Shown here piece after piece: positions 40,384-52,585 of a DNA stretch of 64,000 nucleotides. The notes under the pieces were generated by a model. The model was given only the letters and a program-made list of their open reading frames with translations, did no database searches and was not told the origin of the DNA. How positions within the stretch are numbered: the stretch's first letter is position 1; every line of letters begins with the position of its first letter. The position numbers and the translations under genes were made by a program. The DNA comes from Hemiscyllium ocellatum (lineage: Eukaryota). The DNA is taken from contig NC_083431.1 in the NCBI RefSeq assembly GCF_020745735.1, positions 20,674,496-20,738,495 on the forward strand, given 5' to 3'.

Positions 40384-40615
40384 CATAGAATCATAGAATC
40401 TCCACAGTGCAGATAGAGTCCATTTAGCCCATCAAGTCTGCACCAACCTTCCAAACAGCTTCCACCTTATCCCTGTAATCCTGCATTTCCCATAGCTAAT
40501 CCTAGCCTACACATCTCTGGACACCATAGGGAAATTTAGCATGGCCAATCTGCCTAAGCTGACCATCTTTGGACTGTGGGAGGAAACCAGATCACCTGGC
40601 AGAAACCCAGACATA
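40384..40615 (-). mobile_element. HE1-like SINE, 5'-truncated
   Basis: TTTAGCATGGCCAAT...TTTGGACTGTGGGAGGAAACC matches the minus-strand copy at 1033-1336. Confidence 0.75.
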
Positions 40616-43600
40616 AGGACTCCAGATTCTCAGTCTATATTGATCTCAGAATATGATACTAATGATAACTCCGGAATAGGAATAGGAAAACTCATTGAGA
40701 ATCCACATTACTAATCAATGTTCTGCTACTCACTGGAAAATGGACACATGGATAATGATAGGATCTAATGTGGTCCTGTTATGAAATAATCTTTTCAGAC
40801 AGTCAACATTCACATGTAAAGAGTGGACAATTGGACAAGTTGCTAGAGGGTGACCTTTATCGATGAAACAGTATTGAAAAAGGACTATGCCTTTTAAGTG
40901 GGTGGGGAAATGTATGAAGCATATTGATGATGCAAAAAGCATGAGTGGTTTTATTTTATTTTAAAATTGTAAGCAAATTGCTTATTGAAATTATAATTGG
41001 AAGATGCTTAAGTTTTGAGATTTCCTGGATCTCAGGGTTGATTTATATCTTTTAACCAATTCTAAGGAAGTTATAACCAGTGTGTATTAGATGTCCCTGC
41101 ATGCAGCAAGAGATGAAAAACCCTGCATGTCTGGAAGCCAACAAAGTGCTGGAATAGGGCAGGTATGTCTATGATTGAAATATGGTCAAATACTTGATAT
41201 TAGCTCTTGGAGTCTGGCTTTGATAGTCAATACATCAGTTTTTTTGGCCCTGTCCAAAACTCACAAAGTTGAATAAGGTGAGTGGGGATTGGTGGAATGG
41301 AGAAACTGACAAACAAAGTGGCCTTTAAATATCAAGATCTGACAGGTACTTCAAAGCCAAGTGAAAGGCTTTATTCTCAGAACTTGTTATTGTGTGCTTT
41401 TGCTGCTTTGAAGGTGATTTCCAAGCCTTTGGAAGTTGTTTCTGCTACTTTGCCATTGATCTTCCCTGCACAGCTCTCAGCCTTTAGGTCACCATGAGAG
41501 CCACCCTACAATTTTATCCCCGAGTTCTGATAAGGAAGAAGAGGGAGAAACATCAGCAACGCCATCAGGATTGGAAGTAAACTAGTGTGACAACCATTGC
41601 CTTTCTCAAACCCCTGCCGTTCCATTAGAAAAAGGGAAGAGATAGAGAGCCCCAGCTTACAGGAGACAATACCCCAAAACAGATCATGTTTTTGGACTGA
41701 ACTTGGTGATGCTTTAAGAAGCTCATTTATTCATCGTGGGTTGGTTGCTGATATTTGCTGCTTCCTGAAACAAGACTTTCATTTATGTGGCCTGAGCAGT
41801 GAGTGTTGATCACATTGTCCTGAATTTTTCCCCTCTCACTCTTTCACGGGTGTCATTGTTGCATGTCTCAATCTGCTGCACACAGTGCATCTCCCAGAGA
41901 CCAATGTTCCTTGTATCTCTTTTGACTCTCGTTTGGCCAGTAAGGCTGCTGCTCTGGCTGAAATCCGACATAGTAAGGGAGAGTGTCATAAATTATACCT
42001 AGTGACATACACCCCTTTATAGTACTCAAAAGCACCTCTTGTACAATATCCGCACCAGAAAATCCCTTTTTCTAACACCTCATTGTGGTTAATTTGACTT
42101 CACGCCCAATATTGAAATTCTGAGAGCTTCTTGTTGAGCTATCATATACCTGAGCTTAAATGTTCTCAGTTTCAAATAAACTCTTCAGGATTTTAGCCAA
42201 ATACTTCCAGTCTGGGTCTATCACTATCATTTTATTCTAAGGTGATCTTGTGTTAGTTAATTTAACTATCTTCTCCCTTTCTCAGGAACAACTTCATATA
42301 TGAAAACTTCTACAGAACTGTTTAAAACTAAAAGTGAAACTGAAAAAGTCTCTCTCTTTCTCTTTCTCAAAGTTATGGGGGTTTGTCCTATGTTTTAAGA
42401 AGTCCAGAAATTTCTAACAGAAACCTTGAGGAACTATTATTTACCTTTCTAGGGCATAAGACTTCCTAAAATAAATAAAAACACATTAATTCTGAACACT
42501 TGCCTCACAAACTCTTTTAAAGTATCTATCATGACCACAAAAACACTAGTTAATAGTAATTACTTCAGATACACAGGAAAACAAATATATGTCACTCCTT
42601 TAGAACCCAAAAATCCAGACTTAATAGAAACAATATTAAAATAATATATAAACTGCACAGTCTACATCACGTAATCTGCTCGTGAAAGTTGGACATTTGT
42701 AATCTATTTTTATAGAAGTAGATACTTTAATCATCACAAGTAAAATACCATGGATTATGGTCACTAATAATGAATTTTCCTGCAATCATAACATGGAAGC
42801 AGGATTCCCATCAACATTCTGTTTGAAATTTAGTTGTTGTGCAAATGCCAGATTTTTCAGAGTATGGTTCCTATAGTTTTTTTTATATAGCCATATATGC
42901 ATAATATGCATAATGAGCAAGGTCAATGCAGGACCTTCTGTTTGTATATGAATGCACAGTTTAAAGGGGCCATTGTTTCTAATCCATGACCATTTAACAT
43001 TGTCATAATTTTTATAAGTCAATTCATGAAATAGACTCCTTTACAATTTAATGTTTATGTTTCACTTTGGGGAAAGAAAGTACACCCTTCAGAATTTGGT
43101 TTCAGAGTCACTGTTTCTGAGGCTTTATCAGACAATGTCCAAATGCTAGACGTCAGCATGTATGACATTTCTAACCTTTGCCAATCCAACCTATGCAGAC
43201 CAGGTGACTCAGTTCTATCGGAGCTCTTATTGCTTGCTTGCATATGATCCTTTGTTAGTTCATTTGCCTGAAATTTTGAAAATGCTTTCCCTTATTGCTG
43301 GATAAATCCTAGTTGGGAATACTGACCTATTATTATGTACATGGGGAGTATAAGGGGAACATTGTTTATGGTTCATATGCAACCCTACAGGTCACATGGT
43401 TTTGTAGATCACAGAAGCATTATGTTTGATTCCATTGACCGAATTAATACACACATTTTCTGCTGCCAGAAATAAATTGAGATCCAGATTCACCAGGTGA
43501 AGTACCTTGGTGCATTACTTGAAACTTTTGTTTTGATATAATGGTGTGACACAAATGTAAGCTAGTAAAATGGTCAATATTGCCAGATTGAACATAAAGG

Positions 43601-43755
43601 GTTTTCTTGCTTAAACTGTGAGCTCTGTGCTGCCATCACCAGATGACTATACCTTCTTGCCGGATTGATTTTTATTTTATCTACACTAGGAAGATGCATT
43701 TTGCAAAAGTATTCTCCTTTCTGAACTACTTTTATGCCTTGTGGTTTTGTTCCAG

Positions 43756-43912
43756 GCAAATCATGAGGCATTGGCTGCTTTGCACAGGTTGGTGCTGGAG
43801 GCATTGTTTGAGAAATGGGATAATGATGTATCAGGCTATCTTAATCTGAGAGAACTAGTAGAAGTCTTGAGCAACTACAAGGATGGAATGGAGAAGAACG
43901 CCATAAAGAGAG
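43756..43912 (+). CDS. EFCAB5: EFCAB5 EF-hand exon (LEALFEKWDNDVSGYLNLRELVEVL...YKDGMEK), phase 0-1
   Basis: Acceptor ttgttccAG, donor G|GTAAGG, 157 nt. Canonical 12-residue EF loop DNDVSGYLNLRE. Confidence 0.95.
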
Positions 43913-45159
43913 GTAAGGGACAATGCACCAACAAATTATTTTGTGGCAGGTACGTGTCTTTTCAGTCAGATATGTTTCTCGAAAACTCATCAGCTGTACC
44001 GCCCTATATCTATGCTATAAAGCTGATTTGAAAATAACAATAATTTAGAAGCCAGGTTGGATATCACTTTGTGCAAGTGACATTATTAGTGAGCCAATAG
44101 ACATTGAGAAGCAAGAAAGTCTGTCTTCCCCCAGTACACAGATGCCTCTTCCAACAGGACTAATTAGACTGATCAAGGAATCCCACTATTTCTCACAGTC
44201 AACTCCAGGAGAGTGGAAGCCAATCATAGTTTTCGCACTATTAACTCAAAGTTAAATTTATAAATTTATATGGCATTTCTTTATTGAAAAGAAATGTGGA
44301 TTGATGTATTGCATGTGACGTCAGGCACAGCTCTTTTGCAGGTGTTGCCAGTTTTGCTATACATAACTTCTCCTGAACTCCATGGATTATAGTTGGAGAA
44401 TCTACCTCATTGTTCAAGAGGTTTGTTTGCTTGAAGCTCATTAAATTTCCAAATGCACTGATATCAAAGTGCTCAGGGAGCTGTGACATTAAATTTCAGG
44501 AGGATTTCACTTTTCTTTATGAGCAGTGAATTTGCAAGATGCAAGTGCACTTAAGAACAGTTAAGTTTTTCATGCCGTCAGTGCACCTATCATGGCAACC
44601 TCTATACCACTAACTGTTCCAAGGATTGTGATATTTGTGATTGTTAATTTTATATTTAATTATCTACTGGCTTTTTGTTTTATAACAACAAAAAAAGACA
44701 CATTGACTTTCATATTCCTGATGGTTTATTTTAGAAAAAGGTCTCCCTGGGCAAAACAGAGGGAACACCCCCATCTGGAAATTTTTAACTTTATACTGAA
44801 GAGGAAAGGTCTTAAAATAAAATGAATGACAAGAGATTTGATATCCCTGGGACATTTAATGGACACATCTGTTGATTTCAGGCATTCTTTGTGATGACAA
44901 GATTTTCATGTTTATGCCAGTAGCTAGTGTATTTGTCTGTCTCTCCTTCTCCCTCCATGAAACCTTGGGGAAAAGAAAGATTTAAGAATGTGATGATTCA
45001 TGAACTGTGCACTACACATTGAATAATTTACATGTCGCAGAGTATCATGTTTTAGACATTCTTATGTGAAAATAACAGAAGGTTGCTGAGCTCGTCCTGT
45101 ATACTCACTAGTTCCTGGTATTGAGAAATGGAGATAAGGTAGTTTTGGATTTTACTGGG

Positions 45160-45360
45160 ACAAAAACAGAAATTTCTGGGAAAACTCAGCAGGGCTGGCA
45201 GAAACTACAGAGATAAAACAGTCAATGTTTTGGGTCCAGTGAAGAAGGGTCACTGGACCTGAAACATGATTTTACTTTCTTTCCACAGATGTTGTCGGAC
45301 CTGTTAGTTTCTCCAGCAAACTCTGTTTTTGTTTCACATTCAAGCATCTGTAGTTCTTTA
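45160..45360. mobile_element. PLE family C palindromic element, decayed (related copies at about 12010-12115, 49755-49950, 50416-50610)
   Basis: GCTGGAAAA-CTCAGCAGGTCTGGCAGCATC-type arms and hammerhead remnant GAAGA-A-GGGTC(ACTG)GACCT-GAAAC. Confidence 0.7.
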
Positions 45361-45623
45361 TTTTTGGACTTTTTTTTGGGATTTTATTAGGTTTGATTTA
45401 TTTCTCTTGTCTGTCTTTATTCTTTATCCTGAATTGTATCACCCTATTTTGTGAATTACAGTCAAATCACAAGTCAACATTTCTAAGGAGTTGCCACAGA
45501 AGATTGAAATGGAAGAACTGTAGTGCCCAAATATTGCTTTAAAAAGGGCATCAGTGAATGTAACCTCATAACCTAGACATAATCAACTTCAGCATTTTAT
45601 GATGGATTGTTCGTTCATTCCCT

Positions 45624-46045
45624 GGAGGGCTTTATGTACCACAGTAGTAGTCTCTGTACCTCAAAAGCAGGAGGCTCGGGCTCTAGTCCCACCTGTTTCA
45701 GAGGTGTATCATAATATCTTTCAACAAGTTCATCAGATAATATCTGCATTTGTTCCTGGGAAGGGGTATAGCTGAAGATAGAGTACTTGTTTGCAAGGGC
45801 TTCTTGTGGTGTAAATGCCAGTGCTCCTACCTCTGAGCTAGGTGAGTTTAAGTCCCACCTGCTCCAGAGGTGTGTAATAACATCCCTGACTAGGTTGGTT
45901 AAAAATATCTGCATTAATTCCCTAGGAGGGCTCTTGAGGCACAGTGATAGTATCCCTGGACTAGCAGATCCTAGGTTCAAGTACCATTTGCTCCAGAGGT
46001 GTGTAATAACATCTCTGACAAGTTGATTCAGAAAATATCTGCATT
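45624..46045 (+). repeat. Tandem trimer of a tRNA-like unit of about 125-170 bp
   Basis: Units start at about 45624, 45796 and 45925. Each reads GGGCT...GTAGTG...GTTCAAGT-like...CTCCAGAGGTGTGTAATAACATC...AATATCTGCATT. Confidence 0.75.
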
Positions 46046-46776
46046 CATTTCCTAAATCTATCATAATCCTTTTTTTATAAACAGAGTTACTGGCTAGGCC
46101 AGCATTTATTGCCCATCCCGAATTACCCGGAGGGCAGTTAAGAGTCAGATACATTACTGTTGGTCTGCAGTCACATGTAGGCCAGACTAGATAGGGACAG
46201 CAGTTTCTTTCCCTAAAGGATATTAGTGAACTGGTCCAGTACTTATAGTGTCATGATGTGAGTACTTCAATGACTAAGATCAAATTTTGCCGCTGGTGTA
46301 TATATAGAACAATAGATGCCACAATTCCGTAAACAAGGTGTGTGCATGTGTAAAAGAGCAGCTTTCCAGTTTTAGAGCTGTTCCATGTGGTCTAGGTCAT
46401 GGTATAGACATGGAAAATGCCACACAAAATTTGGTTTGCTGTCAATTTCATCAGACAACGAGTGACAAAGATAAATTCAACTTTTCCAACACTGGAGATT
46501 CTCTCCTAGTATCAGGCCTCTGAGCAACGACATGTCTTTGCTGATTATGTGTGTTAAATATAAAAGACTGCCAGCACCTCTCAGCTTAATATCATAATAC
46601 TTTGAGCATACCTGATGCATACCAATCTTAGGTTTTATTTCTTGTCTTAAGTTAGCTGATCACAGTTAGAATGTTGGTAGAGTTACAGAATTTACTTCAG
46701 CATCCCGGGATTAAGAATTGAAAGTTGACCAATGCTCTACTCCTGGCTGCTGTCTAAAGACCTTCTGTAGGAAGTG

Positions 46777-46977
46777 TTGATTTGGAGGTACCAGTGTTGG
46801 ACTGGGGTGTACAAAGTTAAATATCACACAACACCAGGTTATGGTTTATTTGGAAGCACAAGCTCTCAGAGTGCTGCACCTTTCTCAACCACCTGATGAA
46901 GGAGCAGCGCTCTGAAAGCTAATGCTTCCAAATAAACCTGTTGGACTATAACCTGGTGTTGTGTAATTGTTAACTTT
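46777..46977. mobile_element. PLE family B palindromic element (hammerhead on + strand, 46890-46924)
   Basis: Same arms as 57207-57422; CAC-CUGAUGA-A-GGAGC(AGC)GCUCU-GAAA-GC-UA. Confidence 0.83.
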
Positions 46978-48588
46978 ATAGGTATGAGATACGACTACAC
47001 AAGAAAATTCTTCTTCACAATTTCAGGAGATTTTTGGGATAGTCTTGCTGTGCTTCTTCCACAGATTCAGTTGTTGATCTCATCCTTGTCACCATGGGGA
47101 GATCAAGCAGTTTCTCTGGGAGAACTCAGACAGAAAAATAAGGCAGCAACGTGAGCAGCTCATGTATGCCTCCAGCCGGGAAATCTCAGAGTTACGCTGT
47201 CAGAGGCCATGAATAAGATGATAAATATATACTGCTGGGAGGCCACAGAGAATGAGTGAGATGTGTCTCTTTTGTTTGAAAAAATGAGCCACATCCTCAA
47301 CAGTAAAAGGCAGAGCATTTATTTGAAGATCTCGGAAACCAAATCTTTAAAAAAATAAATATTCTGATGTTCAAACTTTGAAATTTCCCCTCGCAATTTA
47401 GATTAACATTGAATTCTCTCACCTCCCTAATGTCTCCATGTCACATCCATTCTCTGGTTGAGAGAATAAGCAGGCTGCAAATTTCATTTGTCTGCTGGAG
47501 TTGTGGGGGTTGGGAAGAAACAGCTGGGCCCTGCTCAGTATTGATCCCTGGTCGTTTGCAGAGATTAGGGAATAATATGAGAGATTGTGGGCACTAATGG
47601 TTTTTTAAATGTATTTGAAATCTTACAGACTGCTGTCAGGGATTCAGTACAATTTCAGTGAATACAATGAATGAAAGTGTTAATAGTGTACATATTCCGA
47701 TAATTGTTTTGTCTCCAGACTTGCAATAATTCTGTCCCACTGTACTTTGCATTATTCAATGGTTGAAGTTCCTAGAAATACACTTAAACAGACAATACAA
47801 TTTGAGGTGTTAATATGAAACAAGTTCAATTTTTGCATGCTCAAAGCATTTTGGACACTGAGATTCAACCTTCATAGCTTCATCACAGAGTTCCTAGCAG
47901 GTGTATAGTTTGCAATGGAATCTTGATCACATGCAGGATGTTTGGATTTATTTGTAATAATAATAATGGTGAGTCTGTCATCTCTCGCTGTTATTAATGT
48001 GGCAACTTGAACAGCGACAACTACTGACTGCAAATGTGCAGCGAAACATGGAAATTCAGAGGTTGCTGTCAGAGATGCTCTTTTACTGAACATTCCTTGT
48101 TCCATTCCTTGCTGATAAATTGAATGTTAAAATGACAGCAATGGAATAAATTGGCTGTACTTCTTCCTCATTCTACATTAAAAATGGTTTAGAAGTAAAG
48201 ATTGGTTTGCGAATAGGAGTTAAGTAATATGCAATAATGTATATCAGTAATATGTCCTACTGAACAACTTCTCTGACTCTGAAAAATTAATTTGGCATGT
48301 GGATTCATTCCTTGAGAAGGAAATTAATTTTTGAGATGTTGTTTTGCATTTCAAAATGTCACAACAGTAGACACCCCTACTCAGCCATGCCGTGGTTCCC
48401 AGATCTAGATTGATGGAGAATATTAACAGCAGGAAGGGTAAAACCTGCTGTCAAATCCAAAAAGTAATGGGTGACACTGAGGTGATCAATCAGCATTGTG
48501 GTGGACCCAATTAACATGGGAAAAGATGAAGGAGAAACAAAAATTCAAATATATTTCACACATTTCTTTTCTCATTTGTCTAATAAAT

Positions 48589-48716
48589 TTCTGATGAAGG
48601 GCTTTTGCCCGAAATGTTGACTCTCCTGCTCCTCGCAAGCTTCCTGAACTGTTGTGCTTTACCAGCACCACACTCTTGACTCTAATCTCCAACACCTGCA
48701 GTCCTCACTTTTGCCC
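48589..48716 (+). mobile_element. PLE family A monomer starting at the hammerhead core
   Basis: CTGATGA-A-GGGC(TTTT)GCCC-GAAA from 48591, followed by the family A tail ending CTGCAGTCCTCACTTT. Confidence 0.82.
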
Positions 48717-48929
48717 TGTTATAGAGGGTGTCATGCTGAATCTGTCACCTGATTATAGCAAATCTTTGCTCTAAAGATGGTTAAATCTTCCTGGCCACCT
48801 GTGTAGCTAGGTGAATAGTGCCCATCCTTCCTTTACTGCTGACTGGAAAATCTGGGAAAGTGCCTAACCATTATGGATTATTGACATGAATTCCACTTCT
48901 GAGTGAACTCACCACTAACTGCTACAAAG

Positions 48930-49050
48930 AGTGAAAATGAGAACTGCAGATGCTGGAGATCAGAGTCAAGGTTAGAGTGGTGTTGGAAAGCCTGCTCCTC
49001 AGACGCTGCCTGACCTGCTGTGCTTTTCCAGCACCACTCTAATCTTGACC
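48930..49050. mobile_element. PLE family A mini-palindrome lacking the hammerhead
   Basis: Inverted arms GTCAAGGTTAGAGTGGTG / CACCACTCTAATCTTGAC. 13-bp TSD AACTGCTACAAAG at 48917-48929 and 49051-49063. Confidence 0.82.
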
Positions 49051-50415
49051 AACTGCTACAAAGCCAATTTTAGATTTTTAAAAATATTATAATAATATGC
49101 ATTAATTTTAAACTGCACAGAATACCTAAAAAAAAGTCTTTCTTTTGTTGGTTATTTTTTCAGTTTAGTCCTTTATTATCCCTACTACCCTGAAGATCAT
49201 CATGATGCGTACTGGAGCACCGTTCCACAGCAGCTACCACCCTCTGGTGGTCATTGAAGGATGGTTAGCTAAGGGAAATTGCAGCTGATTTTCTATTCAC
49301 TAGCGTTCATAATTCAAGGGCTCCTGTGTCACAGTAATAATGTTCCCACGCTGACTTGACTTGAGCTAAGTTCAAGTCACACCTGCTCCATAGATATGCA
49401 ATATCTATCTCTGAGCAGTTTGATTGGAAAATACCTGTTTGTAATTTAGCAATCAGGCACTGAAATGGCAGCTTGTTTTATATCCTACCCCAAGGCCTTG
49501 AGAAAGTGTGAATGATCTCAGCACACTGATCCATCTCCTACTGAGATCAGTTAAACTGGCACAGAGCAGAAATTAAATCTATGTCTTTTGTGACTTATAT
49601 GGCTGAGGGCAAAACATAATACTTCAATAGGTCAAATACAGGAACCCTGATTGTTTTCTCATCTCCCTCCTAGCCCATCAGCACTAGGCATCCCAATTCC
49701 TGTTTTGTCTGTAATCAATTAATTCAAAATTAGACCCTATGGTATTTCGAGTTTAAATAAAACAAAACATTGCAGACACTGCATCTGAAGCAAACAATAA
49801 CAAAAATTGCTGGAGGGACTCAGTAGATCTGGCAGCATCTGCTTAGAGAATACAGAGTTAATGATTTGAGTCCAGTGATTATTCTTCAGAATTCTTCACA
49901 AATGCTGCCAGACCTACTGAGTTTCTCCAGAAAGTTCTGTTTTTTGTTTGTTTTCTGAACTTTGTAGTTTTGTACAATATTAGAAAGTGTATCCTCAAGT
50001 CCATTGTGAAAGCAGGGAATTGTAAATAAATAGTGTTTTAAAAGCATTCAATTCAGTTAGAACTTGTAATTAAATTCCACCAGATCTCGGGGGGCTGTGG
50101 TATATTTGTTTGCCCACAAACAGATACCATCTGGAAATTACACACTACCAACTGAGTATTGATTCAGAGGACATTTTGTCAGTCAAAACTGTCCATCTAG
50201 AAGTGTTTTCATTTCCTCTGACATTTCATGTCCTGATTACAAGATCTTCTTTTGCTCTTTCATTTAGATTTTGGTGTAAACAAAACAATTCAGTTGAATC
50301 ATCACATTTTCCTTTAAGAATCCATAGAAAATCAACTAATTAAAAAAGGTTTCATTTGCACATTTAACTTCTGTGAAATGATTGCTCTCCCCAAAAGAAA
50401 TGTATTTTCTATTTG

Positions 50416-50610
50416 AAACAAAAATAGAAATTGATTGAATAGTTCAGCAGGAGAGAAATCGGATTTAATGTTTCGGGTTGAGTGACCCTTATCGGTTCTG
50501 AGGAACTCTGCTTTCTCTCCACAGATGCTGGCAGACCTGCTGAGCTTTTCCAGCAATTTCCATTTCTGTTTCTGAATTACAGCATCAGCAGTTCTTTCAG
50601 TTTTTATTTT
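50416..50610. mobile_element. PLE family C palindromic element next to an EFCAB5 splice acceptor
   Basis: Same arms as 45160-45360; ends about 22 nt before the exon at 50633. Confidence 0.72.
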
Positions 50611-50632
50611 GTATTTGCTATTGCTCCAACAG

Positions 50633-50919
50633 CCCATAAGAAGCTGAAATTCTTCCGCAAAGACTATGCCAACAATCCCACTTTGTCAAAAACAGAATTT
50701 GCAGCATACATTGAAACAATTGCTGCTGAAATCTCGGACAATGAAGCTGATTTTGACAGCCTAGTAACATTTCTCACAGCTAGAAATGAGGACAGTTGCA
50801 TGGAGCGAACACGGCGTACAGCTAGAAGAAGATGGCTGCATGCTATTCAACGAGCAGCAGAGACATCTAGTTCAAGTCTTGAGTTTGTGTATAAATCTGT
50901 TTTCCAGACCCTTTATAAG
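50633..50919 (+). CDS. EFCAB5: EFCAB5 exon (HKKLKFF...ARRRWLHAIQRAAETS...FQTLYK), phase 1-0
   Basis: Acceptor ccaacAG, donor AAG|GTAGTA, 287 nt open. Resembles recalled 'ARRKWLHQIQCAAETS'. Confidence 0.92.
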
Positions 50920-51469
50920 GTAGTAGAGTATTCTTCTCTGGATTATCATGGCTACAAAATCTGAGTTGCATTGTCATAGAACCATAAGGCACTGAGGGAG
51001 GTGGTTCAGCCCATCGTGCCTGTGACTGCTTTTTGAAAATGTTGTCCAAGTGATCCCCACTGTTTGTTCTTTTCCTGTTCCACTGCAGTTTTACTTGTTC
51101 AAGTGTAAATCCAATTTAATATTTTTTTAATAAAATCTAGAATTTTTAGAATTTTGGAATTAGGTTTATTGTCACATGTACTCAAGTACAGGGAGTACAG
51201 TGAAAAGTGAACAATGTCGCTCACATGGCGCCATCCTTGGTACAAAGTATCCAGGTATAAATCTTAGATAGAAAATAGAAGGATAAAGAAGAAACAATAC
51301 ATTTCCTTACAGTTATTCATTGCATAATTAGAAAAATAAGGACTAAAGTTAAAAAGATAACATTACAGTCTTTCTATAAAGGACCTGCAGTAGATTAATG
51401 CTTCCACACTTGGTCTGTCAGGGATCACAAGCTGCTGGCAGTCCACACTGGTCCCCAGTCCAACAATCA

Positions 51470-52585
51470 AACCGGCTCTGCTCCGGATACTGACCGACAT
51501 AGCTCTCCTCCGGACACTGCCCATCCCTTCTCTGTTATGGGTACACAGGCTGTCCCCCTCTGCTTGGACCTTCAGCCCACTGACCGTCCCTGCTCCACTC
51601 CAGGCACACTGACCGTTCCTGCTCCGGACACACTGACTGTGCTACCCTACTTGGATCTTCAGCCCACTGACCGTCTCTGCTCTGCTCCAGGCACACTGAC
51701 CGTTCCCACTCTGGACACACTGGCTGTGCCACCCTGCTTGGACCTTCAGCCCACTGACTGTCCCTGCTCCGCTCTGGACACACAGACCGTTCCCACTCTG
51801 GACACACTGGCTGTCTCACCCTGCTCAGGCCTTCAGCCCACTGGCCATCCCTGCTCTGCTGGGACACACTGACTGTCCCCCTCATCTCGGTGTTCACTGG
51901 CCGTCCCCGCTCTACCCGGGGTACACTGGCCATCCCCACTGAATTCAGAGTGCACTGGCTGTCCCCACTCCGCTCAGTGTACACTGGTCATCCCATTCCT
52001 TTTGGGGTACACTGGCTGCCCCCACTCCATTCGGGGTACATTGGCCGTCCCACTCCTTTTGCCGTACACTGGCCGTCCCACTCCTTTTGCTGTACACTGG
52101 CTGTCCTCACTCCATTCGAGGTACACTGGCCGTCCCATTCCTTTTGGGGTACGCTGGCTGTCCCCGCTCCATTTGGGGTACACTGGCCGTCCCATTCCTT
52201 TTGGGGTACAATGGCTGTCCCCGCTCCATTCGGGGTACACTGGCCGTCTCATTCCTTTTGGGGTACATTGGCTGTCCCCGCTCCATTTGGGGTACACTGG
52301 CCGTCCCATTCCTTTTGGGGTACACTGGCTGTTCCCGCTCCATTCGAGGTACACTGGCCGTCCCATTTCTTTTGCTGTACACTGGCTGTCTCCACTTCAT
52401 TTGGGGTACACTGGCCGTCCCATTTCTTTTGCTGTACACTGGCTGTCTCCACTTCATTTGGGGTACACTGGCCGTCCCATTCCTTTTACTGTACACTAGC
52501 TGTCCCCACTCCATTCAGGACACACTGGCCATCCCCATTCCGTTCAGGCCTCCAGCCTGCTGGCTGTCCCTGCTCCACTCAGGGC
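51470..52585. repeat. GC-rich minisatellite, 28-30 bp monomer with 87-bp and 57-bp higher-order periods
   Basis: Monomer core TACACTGGC(C/T)GTCCC; 29-aa and 19-aa periodicities in the translated frames. Confidence 0.92.

Noticed and set aside
45615-46154. 179-aa minus-strand ORF with internal repeats
   Set aside because: Reads through the tRNA-like tandem trimer and a SINE tail; not protein-like.
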